Origin: Atractiella rhizophila
Lineage: Eukaryota
DNA length: 20,000 bases
Direction of reading: 5' to 3'
Assembly: GCA_021432655.1 (NCBI GenBank)
Contig: MU271373.1
Location: 59,325-79,324, forward strand
Part shown: positions 8,601 to 19,511 of the stretch, one piece after another
Numbering within the stretch: the stretch's first letter is position 1
Layout of the letters: each line of letters begins with the position of its first letter
Made by a program: the position numbers and the translations under genes
The notes under the pieces: model-generated
Told to the model about the DNA's origin: nothing
The model's database searches: none
What the model saw: the letters and a program-made list of their open reading frames with translations, nothing else

Positions 8601-11490
8601 CATGTAAACCGGGACATCAACCAAGACATATCCGGCAGTAAGAAGGAGAACTATTGAAGAGGCTATCCGAGTTGTTAGTCATCAAATCTGCCAAATTTTA
8701 TTGCTCACAATTTCCAACTAAACTTGCACGAGCGAAGGATCGACTTGTCGCCGCAGAAACGAGACCATAGCCGAAACTTGCAATTTGTTGGAGGATATGC
8801 TGTTGATATAGATAAGTTTGACGTTTGGTAAACGAAGCGACCTCCGTACGTTTGGCCATGAAGCAGCAAAAAAATGGTAAGCGAGATCGTCTTTTCGCAA
8901 TCCCGTCATAAAGTAGACGATGATGGAGTATACCGTGGGTCTAGTAATCAGTTTTAACATTTATCAAGATCAAAGGAGTAAACGAACGCTATCACATTGA
9001 TGGGGAGATATGCTAAATTAATAGCTACCAGGTAAGGCAGGGTTCCATAAAGCCCGTCCTCGCGCTCATAATCAAAAACGCGGAATTCAGAGCAAAGGAC
9101 GAAGGTGTAGACCATAAGGAGGAGATAATAGTTCATCACGTTGACGAAATAGCACCTGTGCAGCAGTGATGTAATAAGTTACCTTCTCAGTTATTAGGCA
9201 GTGACGCACAGCGTCTTGATAGATTGAATCCCACCTGGATTTTCTGGTAATTGGTAGAATGCGGCCCCAATTACAACAGCCATGATGATGGTCTGTATAA
9301 AGAATCCAGCTGTCTGCCCATAATTCCTCAGAACGTTCAGCAGGGCTCGTCTTGTCAGCACGATAGTTTGTCGCCACCACGATGGACGCTTGCCGATAAG
9401 CTCACTTCCTTCTCCAAAAGACGAGAACCGCTCAAGCTCATCGTTTTGATCTTTCTTGATATCTCCAATCGGTGACGGATCCTCCAGTGGGTACTTATCA
9501 TCTAAAACAGATGAAACTCGTTTCTCTGGGTCGACGTAAGTCGACATCTCGTCTAACGGCTCCTTCTCCAGTGAAGATCGATTCGAGGAAGCTTTCGCTT
9601 CCGTCGAAGGTTCATGGTTCGAACCCTTTGAATGTCCTGCCTTCTTTCTCCACTCTTCCTTCAGCTTCTCCACTCTCTCCGTGCTCTCTCTTTCGAGATC
9701 ATCGTCCCTCGTGTCGACGCTACTTAAATCGATGACCCAATCAAGAGGGTTCTGCTGCTTCAACAAGGGCTTATGACCAACGCTCCGGAAATATGACATG
9801 ACATCTTTTGTCGCACCAGCGTAGACGAGAGACCCTTTCGTGAGGACCGCTAGGCGGTCGAAGATTTTGAACACTTCTGAGCGAGGCTGGTGGATACTCA
9901 AAATAATTGTACGCCCTCGACGGGATAATTGCGATAACGTGGAGAGGAGTTGATACGACGAGAAGGCGTCCAGCCCTGTTGTGGGTTCATCCAAGAGGAG
10001 GACAGAGGGGCGGGTGACCATGACACAACCAATGCTTAATCTGCATGTTATTTAGTTCCGGTCATCCATTAAAGGATGAGAGGAGGGCACACCGTCTGCG
10101 TTCACCACCTGAAATTCCCTGCACATTGACACGTTAATCACGCAGAGCTCAGTTGTAAACGAGGGAATGGCAGCAAACCTTCCTCCCCCACCCTCGTCCA
10201 CCTTCCGCTCCAACAATGGTTTCCGCCTGTTCTTCCAGACCCAGCTCGTTCAAAGTCTGTTGCACAATCTCAGCGACAATGCTCGCCGGCGCGTCCGATG
10301 GCAATCTGAGTGCAGCGGCAGTTTCCAAAGTTTCCCTTACTGTCCATGCCAACCAACCACGTCAACTGATCCAGGATTTCAAGAAAGTAAAGGTGTGAAG
10401 CGCACCAGTCAGATACGGCAACAAACTCGGGTCTTGTTTCACATATCCCACGATCTTGCTAATCCCTCGTGGATGTTTGTGCTCTTTCGAAATTCTCAAA
10501 CCTCCGGACACAGATGGACCTGAAGAGCGAGGGATAAAGCTGATCTCGCCGGAATCCATTTCGAGATTGGCCAGACGACCGGCGAGTGAGGAAAGAAGCG
10601 TGCTCTTGCCGCTTCCTGAGCCCCCAATGCTGAATGACTATCAGTGTGGTTCTGGGACTCTTAACTCCTGAGAAGAGAGGACATATTTTCCTGTCAGCTA
10701 AAGGGCAACTACTAACACTAGCAATTGTACCCAATGGATATTAACATTGTCAACTTTACTAGCAGTGGAATTGGACAGGAAGGTCCGTAGCAATTGTACC
10801 CAATGGATATTAACATTGTCAACTTTACTAGCAGTGGAATTGGACAGGAAGGTCCGAAATCCTTATTTCAGTTCATGAGGTCGTCGAAATCTCTGCTCGA
10901 GTCCGTGGTGCTTCGAAATTGTGCATTTAGTGTTGCTTGTAACAGGGAAACACCGCCTCCACTGCGATGCGGTCTTTGCGACTCGACAGAAGTCTCTCTG
11001 CAGCACTGAGAGCTTCAGACAGCTTAAGAAAGGCTCAGTGCCAAAGCAGCTATAATGCGCTGCAGAAAAGAGAAATCTCCATTGGAGCTACTGTGACAAT
11101 AGGATTCAAGATGTTTCCGTTCCCTTGCAGCTGATTATATCGCTAGAGTGTTAAGCAACCCAGAAGAGCTTCTTTGGAGAATCAATAACAATGTTAGGCA
11201 AAGCATTCCGTTTGACAATGAGCAAAAGCGCTCGCGATCATCTTTCCTCTAGCAAACACACCGATTCGCCGAAGGCAGACAACAACTCACATGGCAAGTA
11301 CCTCGCCTTTCTTGCACGTAAGACTAACATTGTCCAACAATTTCCTCTGCACTCGCTTCTTCCCAAACCAATTTTCAGGCAGATTAACAGTGAAGGGTAT
11401 CAGCGGTATCCTCTGCGTCCCTGGCGGTGGAGAGATCGTCAACCCTTGGACTTTGACGTCGAAGGAAGGTGGGGAGGGCAAGCCTGGCAT
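5609..11490 (-). CDS. Full-size ABCG-type transporter (NBD-TMD-NBD-TMD), YOL075C-like, many introns
   Basis: NBD1: IIGGSGSGKST, GYVKQD, GISGGERRRLSIG, LLLDEPTTGLD, ILSIHQPRSE. NBD2: GPSGAGKSS, GFVEQ, GISGGEK, VADEPLSGLD, ISIHQPRSD. Two ABC2-type membrane domains. Spliced C-terminus ...YRLAALAALRIKVRYL with stop at 5609; first in-frame ATG at 11490. Confidence 0.92.
10719..10856. repeat. Perfect 69-bp tandem duplication inside ABC transporter intron 1
   Basis: TAGCAATTGTACCCAATGGATATTAACATTGTCAACTTTACTAGCAGTGGAATTGGACAGGAAGGTCCG occurs at 10719-10787 and again at 10788-10856. Confidence 0.97.
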
Positions 11491-11571
11491 GGCAGCTTGA
11501 GGGCTGCTGAGGCTAGGCTGAGGTGATCCTGGGACAGCGTTGATACTCCTCAGACCCAGGAAATCGTTGTC

Positions 11572-12290
11572 TCATTTTATGGCAACATGTTTGCCGACGG
11601 AATCACGACAAGATTGAACCCGATGGCAAAATAAAGTCCACGAGGAACATCTTACAACAACTTCCCCATTGTTCAACACAAAACAAGGAAACACCTGTCC
11701 ATCAATGACAAGGAATGGCGATGTATGAAGAATCGAAGGGAAAGGTAAAGCAATAAAGAATGGCTCTGTTCTGTTAGACCACCGCTCAGTCAGAACGAGA
11801 GAGCCGTCCTGAACTTACGAGTGCGCCCACGGATTGCTATTTGAAAGCTTTGGTGAAACATCTTCGACGAACTCTTTGACAAAATCGGCTCTGTTTCTCC
11901 ACTGAGATACTGGTAGCAATTCGAGCAAAGGCCAGCCACACACCGCTCATCCAGATATCTCTCTACTTGTTCTTTGCTCTCCCACCCCTCCACAAGTGTC
12001 CATTCCTCCGAAACGTTCGAATAACTAATTCTCGTTTCTTCCCACGTGAACTCCGAAGAACACGCAAAATCTATCAGTTCCACAGGAAGGTTGATGCAAG
12101 GAACGGTGTTCGCCTGAAGAAAAGCAAAGGTGAAACAGAGACGGCGCTTGGTGATACGAATAGATGTAAGAGGAGGTCCAACCGAGGAATCGGAAAGGGA
12201 ACGTGTTATGGTGGAAGGAGGGTTTGTTAAGCGTGAGCTACCTGTGACTGTGCCGAAGCGTCTGGCATTGGAAGGACTGTTAGAGGCCAT
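11572..12290 (-). CDS. Hypothetical protein (probably 2-3 exons)
   Basis: Long minus-strand ORF (11790-12368) with an ATG at 12290 in an ideal GCCACCATGG context. A GTAAGT donor at 11818 and CTGAC/CTAAC..CAG acceptor signals allow extension to a stop near 11572. No recognised family. Confidence 0.45.
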
Positions 12291-12508
12291 GGTGGCTGGT
12301 GAAAGCATAGAAAGCATAAAGCGATGAAGAAACGAAAATCGAATGGACTGGAAAGGGAGAAAGGACAAGGAGCTCGCATTCAGGTTGGGTCAACTTTACG
12401 TCTTCAGACTCAAGCTGGCGACGCAGCATGGATAATGCAAAAAGAATGATAAATTGATTACAATCAAAAAGTGTCCATCATAAGAGTTCTCCGTGGTCAA
12501 GACTTCCT

Positions 12509-13139
12509 TTAAGCAGTGTTTCCGCAATCCCCATTAGGACGCCCAGCACATTGATCACCACCAGTCACTCTGGTGGTAAAAGTAGGAGCGGCTGCTTTGA
12601 AAGAGATGCGCCCATCCTGCCCATCCTGATACTCAGTGATCACGATTTGCCATTGAACCCTAAACCGTTTCTCAGCCGACTTCAACTGTAGCAAGGAGAA
12701 AGGCTTACTGAAGGTTGGTAGGGACATCAGCAGGAGAGGGAATGTTAAAGAAGGTCGAGATTGGCGTGTCCTTGTCCTTGGATGTGATTCCAGTCGCTAC
12801 TCGATAGGTCTGCCCATCCGGCACGCTCTTATCGATGAGATCAATGTCGACTAAATTGAATCATGTCACTCCAGACGCATTCAACCGCAGGGAGAGACGT
12901 ACTGTATTCCGTGTAGAATCCTTGATCACCATTCACACGCGAATATTGCACTTCAACGCCATCAATATCTCTGCAGGAGTGTTAGGAGTTATGTCCGGGG
13001 TAAAAAAGTTGACATACCGGATGACAGTTGAATCCGTGGGTGTCTGAAGCACGCCGCTGGGACCAGCACGCTTGATGAATTTGACGGGAGAAGCAAGAGC
13101 AGCCGAGGCGGCGAGGAGGATGCTGAGTGTGAACTTCAT
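12509..13139 (-). CDS. Small secreted protein (~160 aa, 4 exons), unknown function
   Basis: Signal peptide MKFTLSILLAASAALA-SP followed by a KR dibasic site. Three GT-AG introns join in frame to ...VQWQIVITEYQDG...DQCAGRPNGDCGNTA-stop at 12509. Confidence 0.85.
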
Positions 13140-13240
13140 TATGTATGTTTATGTTTGATTCGTGGGTGTGTTCGTAAAAGGCTTTGAGTGTTGTTAATAA
13201 TGTGGCGGGTTGATGGAGAGAAAGACGAAAGTCATGCCCC

Positions 13241-13248
13241 CTTTTATA
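13241..13248 (-). promoter_or_regulatory. TATA box of the secreted-protein gene
   Basis: TATAAAAG on the minus strand about 100 bp upstream of ATG 13139. Confidence 0.6.
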
Positions 13249-13999
13249 GCTTAGCTAGAAAGTAGACGGCTGTAAGACAGCGCACTGGACAGACCCGATG
13301 TTCCGCCACTTGCACCAAACGGATGATCATCATGAGATGAGATGCTGCTCGAATCGCGTTCAAAGCCGCCGACCCCACACACACCGAGAAGGCAGTAGTT
13401 AGCCGTGATCTACTCATTCCCGTAAGACCTTCACGGCCACAGAAAATTGCTGTTGACGAGTGAACATGGGCTTGTTTGTACGGGCAACGGGATGTAATAT
13501 GTCCGTTGATGCCGTATATTCGTCACTTCTCGTGATGACGTGGATCACAAGAAACAATTGTGTGAAGGCATCCATCAGCTGTAACCCCTCGCACGAACGC
13601 GCTCGCAGGATCGCTGTGGCAATCCTTTACCTGGGATGTTCAGGTAGTTGTCCGTAAGAGGCGAGGAACATCCACGAATAGCTCGCTCGTTTCCCTTTCC
13701 GAAACGTTGTTCGTCCTGATTGGTGTAGTATTCGTGTAAAGAAAATCTTTAACGTTGCATTTGGACTTAAGCATTAGCGTAAATGAATATAATCCTATAA
13801 ATAGCATTATCAGAGGCAGAAACGGCGGTGCGAGTTGAACGGAACAAGAATGTCGAAACTGAGCGAGGAAATCCTGAACCAACCCCACCTCACATTGGAT
13901 AAATGAAACATGTCATGGCACAAACTCTTGTCCACATATAAATGCCAAATGATTGATCCTTCAGTTGACAATCTTTCTGGACCAGACTCAGACCTGATA

Positions 14000-14025
14000 C
14001 AAGTGTTAGTTGCAAGTGTTAGTTG
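14000..14025. repeat. 13-bp perfect tandem repeat (CAAGTGTTAGTTG x2)
   Basis: Copies at 14000-14012 and 14013-14025; each contains ACTAAC on the minus strand. Confidence 0.85.
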
Positions 14026-14291
14026 TATCAATTGTATCTCTATACAGGATAATACTACGGCTGACAGGTCCAGGGCAACTTGTACCTGCACTCTTCTGGC
14101 TCCATAGTATTCAGGGTGGTGGCACTCGAGCAGGTTTGTAAGTATAAGCAGATGTTGGATTGAAAAATACAGCTATCCAAGATAGTCCATGCGTTGCTAA
14201 TGCGAGATTATCTACACCACTAAACCGATTCGTCTAAAGTGAGGGAGAGAATTCTAAAAGTACATCATCACAAACGTTATATCATCCATTA

Positions 14292-15867
14292 TCACTTCTT
14301 CAAGATGTCATTGCTCCTCGTACTATCCGTATCCCTTTGCGCGGACTCAACCGCTCTATGAAGCATCACCTCATTAGCCTCTTCTACCTCCTTCTCTTCT
14401 GCGAGGGCGTCGACCATAACATCCGAAATCATCTTCCAGGCCTCCACGCGGGCCTTATTATTAATTTCCCTCTGCCTCTTACTCCACAGCTCCGGTTTGG
14501 CGTCGAAGGCATGTCCGACCTGCTCAAAATTCCTATGCCGAACTTTCACTCCTAGATCCTTCAACCGGTCGGAGAAATCGTCCGCTTCTTTTGCCAAATA
14601 GTCTCGCTGTGCCGAACAGACGACGGTGGGGGGAAACTTCTCTAGCACGACGTTGGGAGCGAGAGCAGGAGAGAGTGCGAGATCGGTTGTGAGACGAGGT
14701 GGGGGGACGTAGCATCGGAGGAAGAGGAGAGACATCCATGATGGCAGTCCTTCCTTGCTCGCAACCATCATCGATAGTTTGTCTCCATAAGGGATGGAAA
14801 GATTGAGGACGGGGTAAAGGAGTGAACAGGAAACAATCTTTGCGCCAAAGGGAAGTGGTTGGAGGATGGACAGAACGGTGAGGGAGGCACATAGGTTGGA
14901 ACCTGCCGAGTTTCCGAGGAGGGATATGCGTTGGGATGTGATCAGTGGCCGTATAGCAGGTGGAAGGTGTGGGAGAAGTGCGCCGGATGAGAGCCACTGA
15001 AGTACGGCATGAAGTTGAAAGATTGCGTGTGGATACGGGTAGCGGGGTGCTTTGCGATAGTCCGGCCTGGGTTTGTTCTCAGTGGATGCGGCAAGTAGAG
15101 AGCAGAGAGACGAACGCAATCACCACCGTTTCAAGCTCGTCCGCCATGTGGCGACAAAGAGTATAATCTACGTGCGGTCGACATCTACGCGATTCGTATT
15201 AGTTTCGGAGACTGTACACAAGAGAGAAACATACATTGTCCATCCACCGCCGTGAAGACTCATGACAATCCCCCTCTTCCCCTTTCCATCAAGGCCATAA
15301 GCTGAGGTGCCATTCTCAATCCTCTCGAGTAGTTTCTTCTTATTCGGAAGCCAAACCTATCCGCCTTGTAGTTAGCATTAAAGCCACAAGTTTGGAGTAA
15401 GGATGTTACCAGACAATTGCATTTCCCGGTATCCCCAGTATCAATGGATATTTTGATCATGTCCCGAAAGGGAAAGATGTATAAAGAAGAGCAAAGGATA
15501 TCGAAGCCGGCACGAATGAGAAATCCACCTATCCCAAACGCCATGAATCAGTAACGTCTCCTTCCGCGGCTTTTCATCAAAGCAAAAATCTGGGTGAAAA
15601 TCGCCTGGACTCACTCCACATAACCTTCCTCTTCGCCTTCTCCTCCATATCCCAGTGCGTCTTCAAACCAGCTCTGCAATACTCTCTCATGGCATCCTCC
15701 ATCGTCGCATGTCCCTCCCTATACCCCTGAGAGCCCTCCAAGCCACTTTCATTTTGCAAAAGAGCCAGCGAATCCGCAAGGGAAACCACAGAGTCAATAT
15801 GTTGAGGCAGAGTTCGAGAGAGCCGCTTCGAATGGCGGGAGGAGGAAGTGTTTTCGCGTCTTGGCAT
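14292..15867 (-). CDS. Alpha/beta hydrolase, hormone-sensitive-lipase-like family (Abhydrolase_3), 5 exons
   Basis: Spliced motifs: SLHGGGW, VVIAPDYRKAPRYPYPHA, LLGNSAGSNL, LLYPVLN, LSP, FPPTVVCSAQRDYLAKE (Asp), VGHAFD (His). Stop at 14292. Confidence 0.9.
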
Positions 15868-16168
15868 TTGGGTCGTAACTTGGGAGGATGTGCAGGTAGA
15901 GGGGGAATGCAGAAAGGATCAGATAGAAGAAAGGTGAAAGGGAGGCAGCAATGGTTACGCCACTTTATGGCAATCGGTCGACTCGCCGGGAACGAAGGTT
16001 TAAACATAGTACAATTGTTCAAACCTTACTTTCAGAACAGGAATACGCCTTTGACATCTTCCACACAGCCACAGGACGCTTCAAGGTGGCTCTGGTAAGG
16101 ACGCAATCATAACATTAAACAGCTAAACTAGTAATACAGAGAGCAAAAGACGATTAAAAGCTCTTTTC

Positions 16169-18061
16169 TCAGTGTTGCGACCTGCAATGACCTTCATTAG
16201 CTCTTGCCCCTAAACTAGCGGAAGACTGAAGAGAGCTCACCAATTGATGGTCTTGAGGTCAATGCCTTCCTGAACCATTTCCCAAAGCGGCGAAAGGTCC
16301 CTGAGCTCTACAATCCAGCAAAGATGCACAGTCAGCATCCTATCATGCGCACAAGACAGAAAGGAAGCACGCACTCTCGACAACTTTGACCAGTTTCTCG
16401 ACAACAAAGTCTATCTCCTGCTCCGTTGTAAACCTTCCGATTCCAAAACGGATGGACGAGTGCGCCGCATCTTCTTCAGCCCCTAAAGCGCGGAGGACGT
16501 AGGACGGCTCGAGCGAAGCAGAGGTGCAGGCTGAGCCGGAGGAGAGAGCGATGTCTTTTAGGGCCATGAGAAGGGATTCACCTTCGATATAATTGAAAGA
16601 AAGGTTGACACTAGATCCCCATCAAGAAGTACATGAGTACCTGTGTTGAAGGAGTAAATATGAGGGAGAAGAATACGTACCATCCCGGATACCCATTGAC
16701 ATCTCCATTCCTCACGATATGGGTACAGCGACTCATGACACCGTCGATAAGTCGCTTCGACAGCCTCTCCACATGCTGTCTATCCCTCTCCATCTCCAAC
16801 TTGGCGATCCTACACGCCTCTCCAAACCCAACCACTAAGGGTGCAGGGACGGTTCCACTCCTCAGCCCCCTCTCTTGTCCACCTCCAGAAATGATCGGCT
16901 CCAATCGAACGCGGGGTCGGCGTCGAACGTAGCAGGCTCCTATTCCTTTGGGACCATACAGCTTGTGTCCTGAAATGGACATCAGGTCGATCTGCGACTT
17001 GTTCACGTCAAGTGGGATCTTTCCAACCGCTTTGGAAGAAATTGTTAGAGTCGCAATTGGGAGGAAGGACGAAAAGGTCGCACCTTGAGCTGCATCTGTG
17101 TGGAAGTAGACCCCTTTGTGCCTCTTGATAATTTCACCGATTTGATCCAGCGGCTGGATAACACCAATCTCATTGTTGACCGTCATGATCTGCTCCACAT
17201 CATCAGATTGATGTCTTCTCCGCTTGTTACAGCGAATGAATAAAAAGACCAATGCAACATACCGAAACGCAGACAGTATCCTCCCTAATCGCATCTTCCA
17301 GAACCTTTAGGTCCACCAGTCCGTTCTGCAACACGGGAAGATATGTGACATCGAAACCTTCGTCTTGAAGCGCTCTGCAGGAGTCGAGAACGCATTTATG
17401 CTCCGTCTGCGTGGTGATTATATGCTTCTTCTTGCCTTTATGAAACCTCGCAATGCCTTTAATAGACATGTTGTTCGACTCAGTGGCGCCGGAGGTAAAA
17501 ACAATATCCTTCGCATCAGCGCCGATGACTGAAGCAACATGCTGGAATATCGAGGAAAAGAAGGTTAGATGATGAGAAATAGGCCTATGCCGGGAGATGA
17601 CATACTGCTCGTGCTTCCTCGACTGCCGCCTCTGTCTCCCAACCGTAGGCATGGGTGCGAGAATGTGGATTCCCATAGTAAGTGGTCATGAAGGGGAGCA
17701 TTTTGTCGACGACTCTGGGGTCCATAGGAGTTGTAGCCTGTTCAACACAATACAATTAATTAGCAAGACTGCAAATGAAACTTGAAACAAAAAAAGCATC
17801 ATCAAGCTAAGAAGAGGTTCGAACCTGCATGTCAAGATATATCGGCCGTCCCTCCACCTTCGGCAGTCCCATCTTTTCAACCACCTTCTCCTGCTCCTGG
17901 ACAGAGAACCCCAGCATGGAGGCCGAAGGGGTCAAAGTGTCGTTGACATTGACATTGACTGCAGTCGCGTTTCGGACAATTGGCGAGCGACTGGAAAATG
18001 CTCGCACTGAGCGGGGAGATGTGCGCGAAAGCAAACGAAGGGCGGCAGGTGAACGTAGCAT
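16169..18061 (-). CDS. NFS1: Mitochondrial cysteine desulfurase
   Basis: Arg/Ser-rich presequence [75 protein letters not shown] (PLP Lys), [30 protein letters not shown] (catalytic Cys). C-terminus [12 protein letters not shown]-stop. Confidence 0.97.
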
Positions 18062-18596
18062 GCTCGAAGGCGGAAGGAAGAAGTGCTCGTCGTGGCGAAT
18101 GGATGACAAAAAAATTGAGGGGCTCAGATCCGCACTTGGGGGGTGAGACACGTGACGAGACTTCCTTTGGGTCGCAAAATTTGCCTGAACTTCTCGAACA
18201 ATATGGGATTCTGAGCGTAGAAGAGTTATAGCAGGGGTATTTTGAGCCGTGTGGAGGAATGGCAGTCGTAATCTCAGTGTGCCGCTATCGCGCGATATCC
18301 ACCCAAAAAACGCTCACGCTCCTCTTCATCCGCTCCGTCAGGAGTCAGGATAGTTGTGATAGGATTGACAATAAAATATTAGTTATGCATTAAAATGCTG
18401 GAGTCGTTGTGTGGAGGGGATTGATACTGAGGGAATTGAAACTGTACCGGGAGCTAGGCTTAGGGGAACAGTGGTGTCACACAACGGAGAAAGTGCAGAG
18501 AGCATGCGTGTACCATGGATGTTTTGCATAGACGAAATTGGCACATAGGAAGAAGTAGGTGATATGAGGATAGGCGGGAGAAACCAAAACAATCGC

Positions 18597-19341
18597 TTAG
18601 ATTGTGGTGTCGTAAGCAACAGGGGCGAGGGTTTCCGGGATGTTTGATTTTGTGGAAACGGTACGAGCCTCCCTGGGTGCGAGAGGCAGACGCTTGAGGA
18701 CGATAGTGTCTGATCATCCATCCGTCAGCTCACATTTTGATGAATGAAGAAAGGGGGGAAAGGCCTGAACAAAGACTCACTTCCAGCTTCCTTGGCCTCC
18801 TTCTTCTTCTGGGCATTGGACTTGACGCGCTGCAAAAAGTCGTCTCTGCACTTGGAGTGCTTAACGTGCTCAACCCTGAGGTTGACTCGCTTCTCGAGGT
18901 ATCGGTTGCCGACGACTTTGTAGACGATCACTCCGACTGAGCTCTTCGTGACGTTGTAAACAACGCCGGTACGGCTTTATCCACACACGTATGCCTCTCA
19001 GGTTCTCGAGCACCAACATAAGATGTAACGAAACATACCCGTGGTAGTACTTGTGTGGCATACCACGCTGAGTAGCAGCATTTGCCTTGATGTCAACAAT
19101 ATCTCCAACCTTGTAAACCTTCAGGTAAGTCGATAGCTTGATCGGTCCATGTTCTTTGAATCCCCTCTTGAACATGTCCCGCGTGCGGGCACGGTAACCG
19201 CTATAATATCAGCATGTGGTCAGCGCATCGTTTGGTGGAGAGATGGGAGCATTGAAGTGAGGAAGGAAACTAACAAGGAGTGGGGCACTGGAAAGAGAAA
19301 CAGTCAGCATCTCAACATCCATAAGAGCATAAGAACGTACT
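18597..19341 (-). CDS. RPL21: 60S ribosomal protein L21 (eL21)
   Basis: Spliced [19 protein letters not shown]...[41 protein letters not shown]...[16 protein letters not shown]...[17 protein letters not shown]. The start codon is split A|TG by intron 19288-19340. Confidence 0.97.
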
Positions 19342-19511
19342 CTTGAAGGGGATGAAAGAGAAGAGAAATGGGACTTAGCCTGAGAACTGAATCGTCGTGA
19401 GCAGACAAAACCAAACCTAGGGGGCCAGGTTTATTTTCCGAAAAATACGAGAGCCACACAAAGCAGGCAGAGGAACATTTTAACGAAGAAGCGTCCAACG
19501 TAAGTAGTATC
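19342..19511. promoter_or_regulatory. Bidirectional promoter/5'UTR region between RPL21 and RPS9
   Basis: Only 170 bp separates the divergent start codons. Confidence 0.75.

Noticed and set aside
10719..10856. Direct repeats as a CRISPR-like array or LTRs
   Set aside because: Only two abutting copies, no spacers or internal element, and a eukaryotic context.
10688..11270. GGAAGGTCCG resembling RNase P RNA CR-I, and a group I intron S-like motif on the minus strand
   Set aside because: No complementary P4/CR-V partner and no P, Q, R elements could be found. An Rfam scan would be needed to revive the idea.
13531..13720. GTGATGA as a possible C/D snoRNA box C
   Set aside because: No suitably placed box D with terminal stem or recognisable rRNA guide.
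13960..14030. Short word matches (ACTAACACT, ATTGTCAACT) shared with the ABC intron repeat region
   Set aside because: The intervening sequence does not align, so this is consistent with chance.
15655..16098. Overlapping ORFs of 147 aa (+) and 111 aa (-)
   Set aside because: They overlap hydrolase exon 1 and its promoter and show no recognisable motifs; probably spurious.
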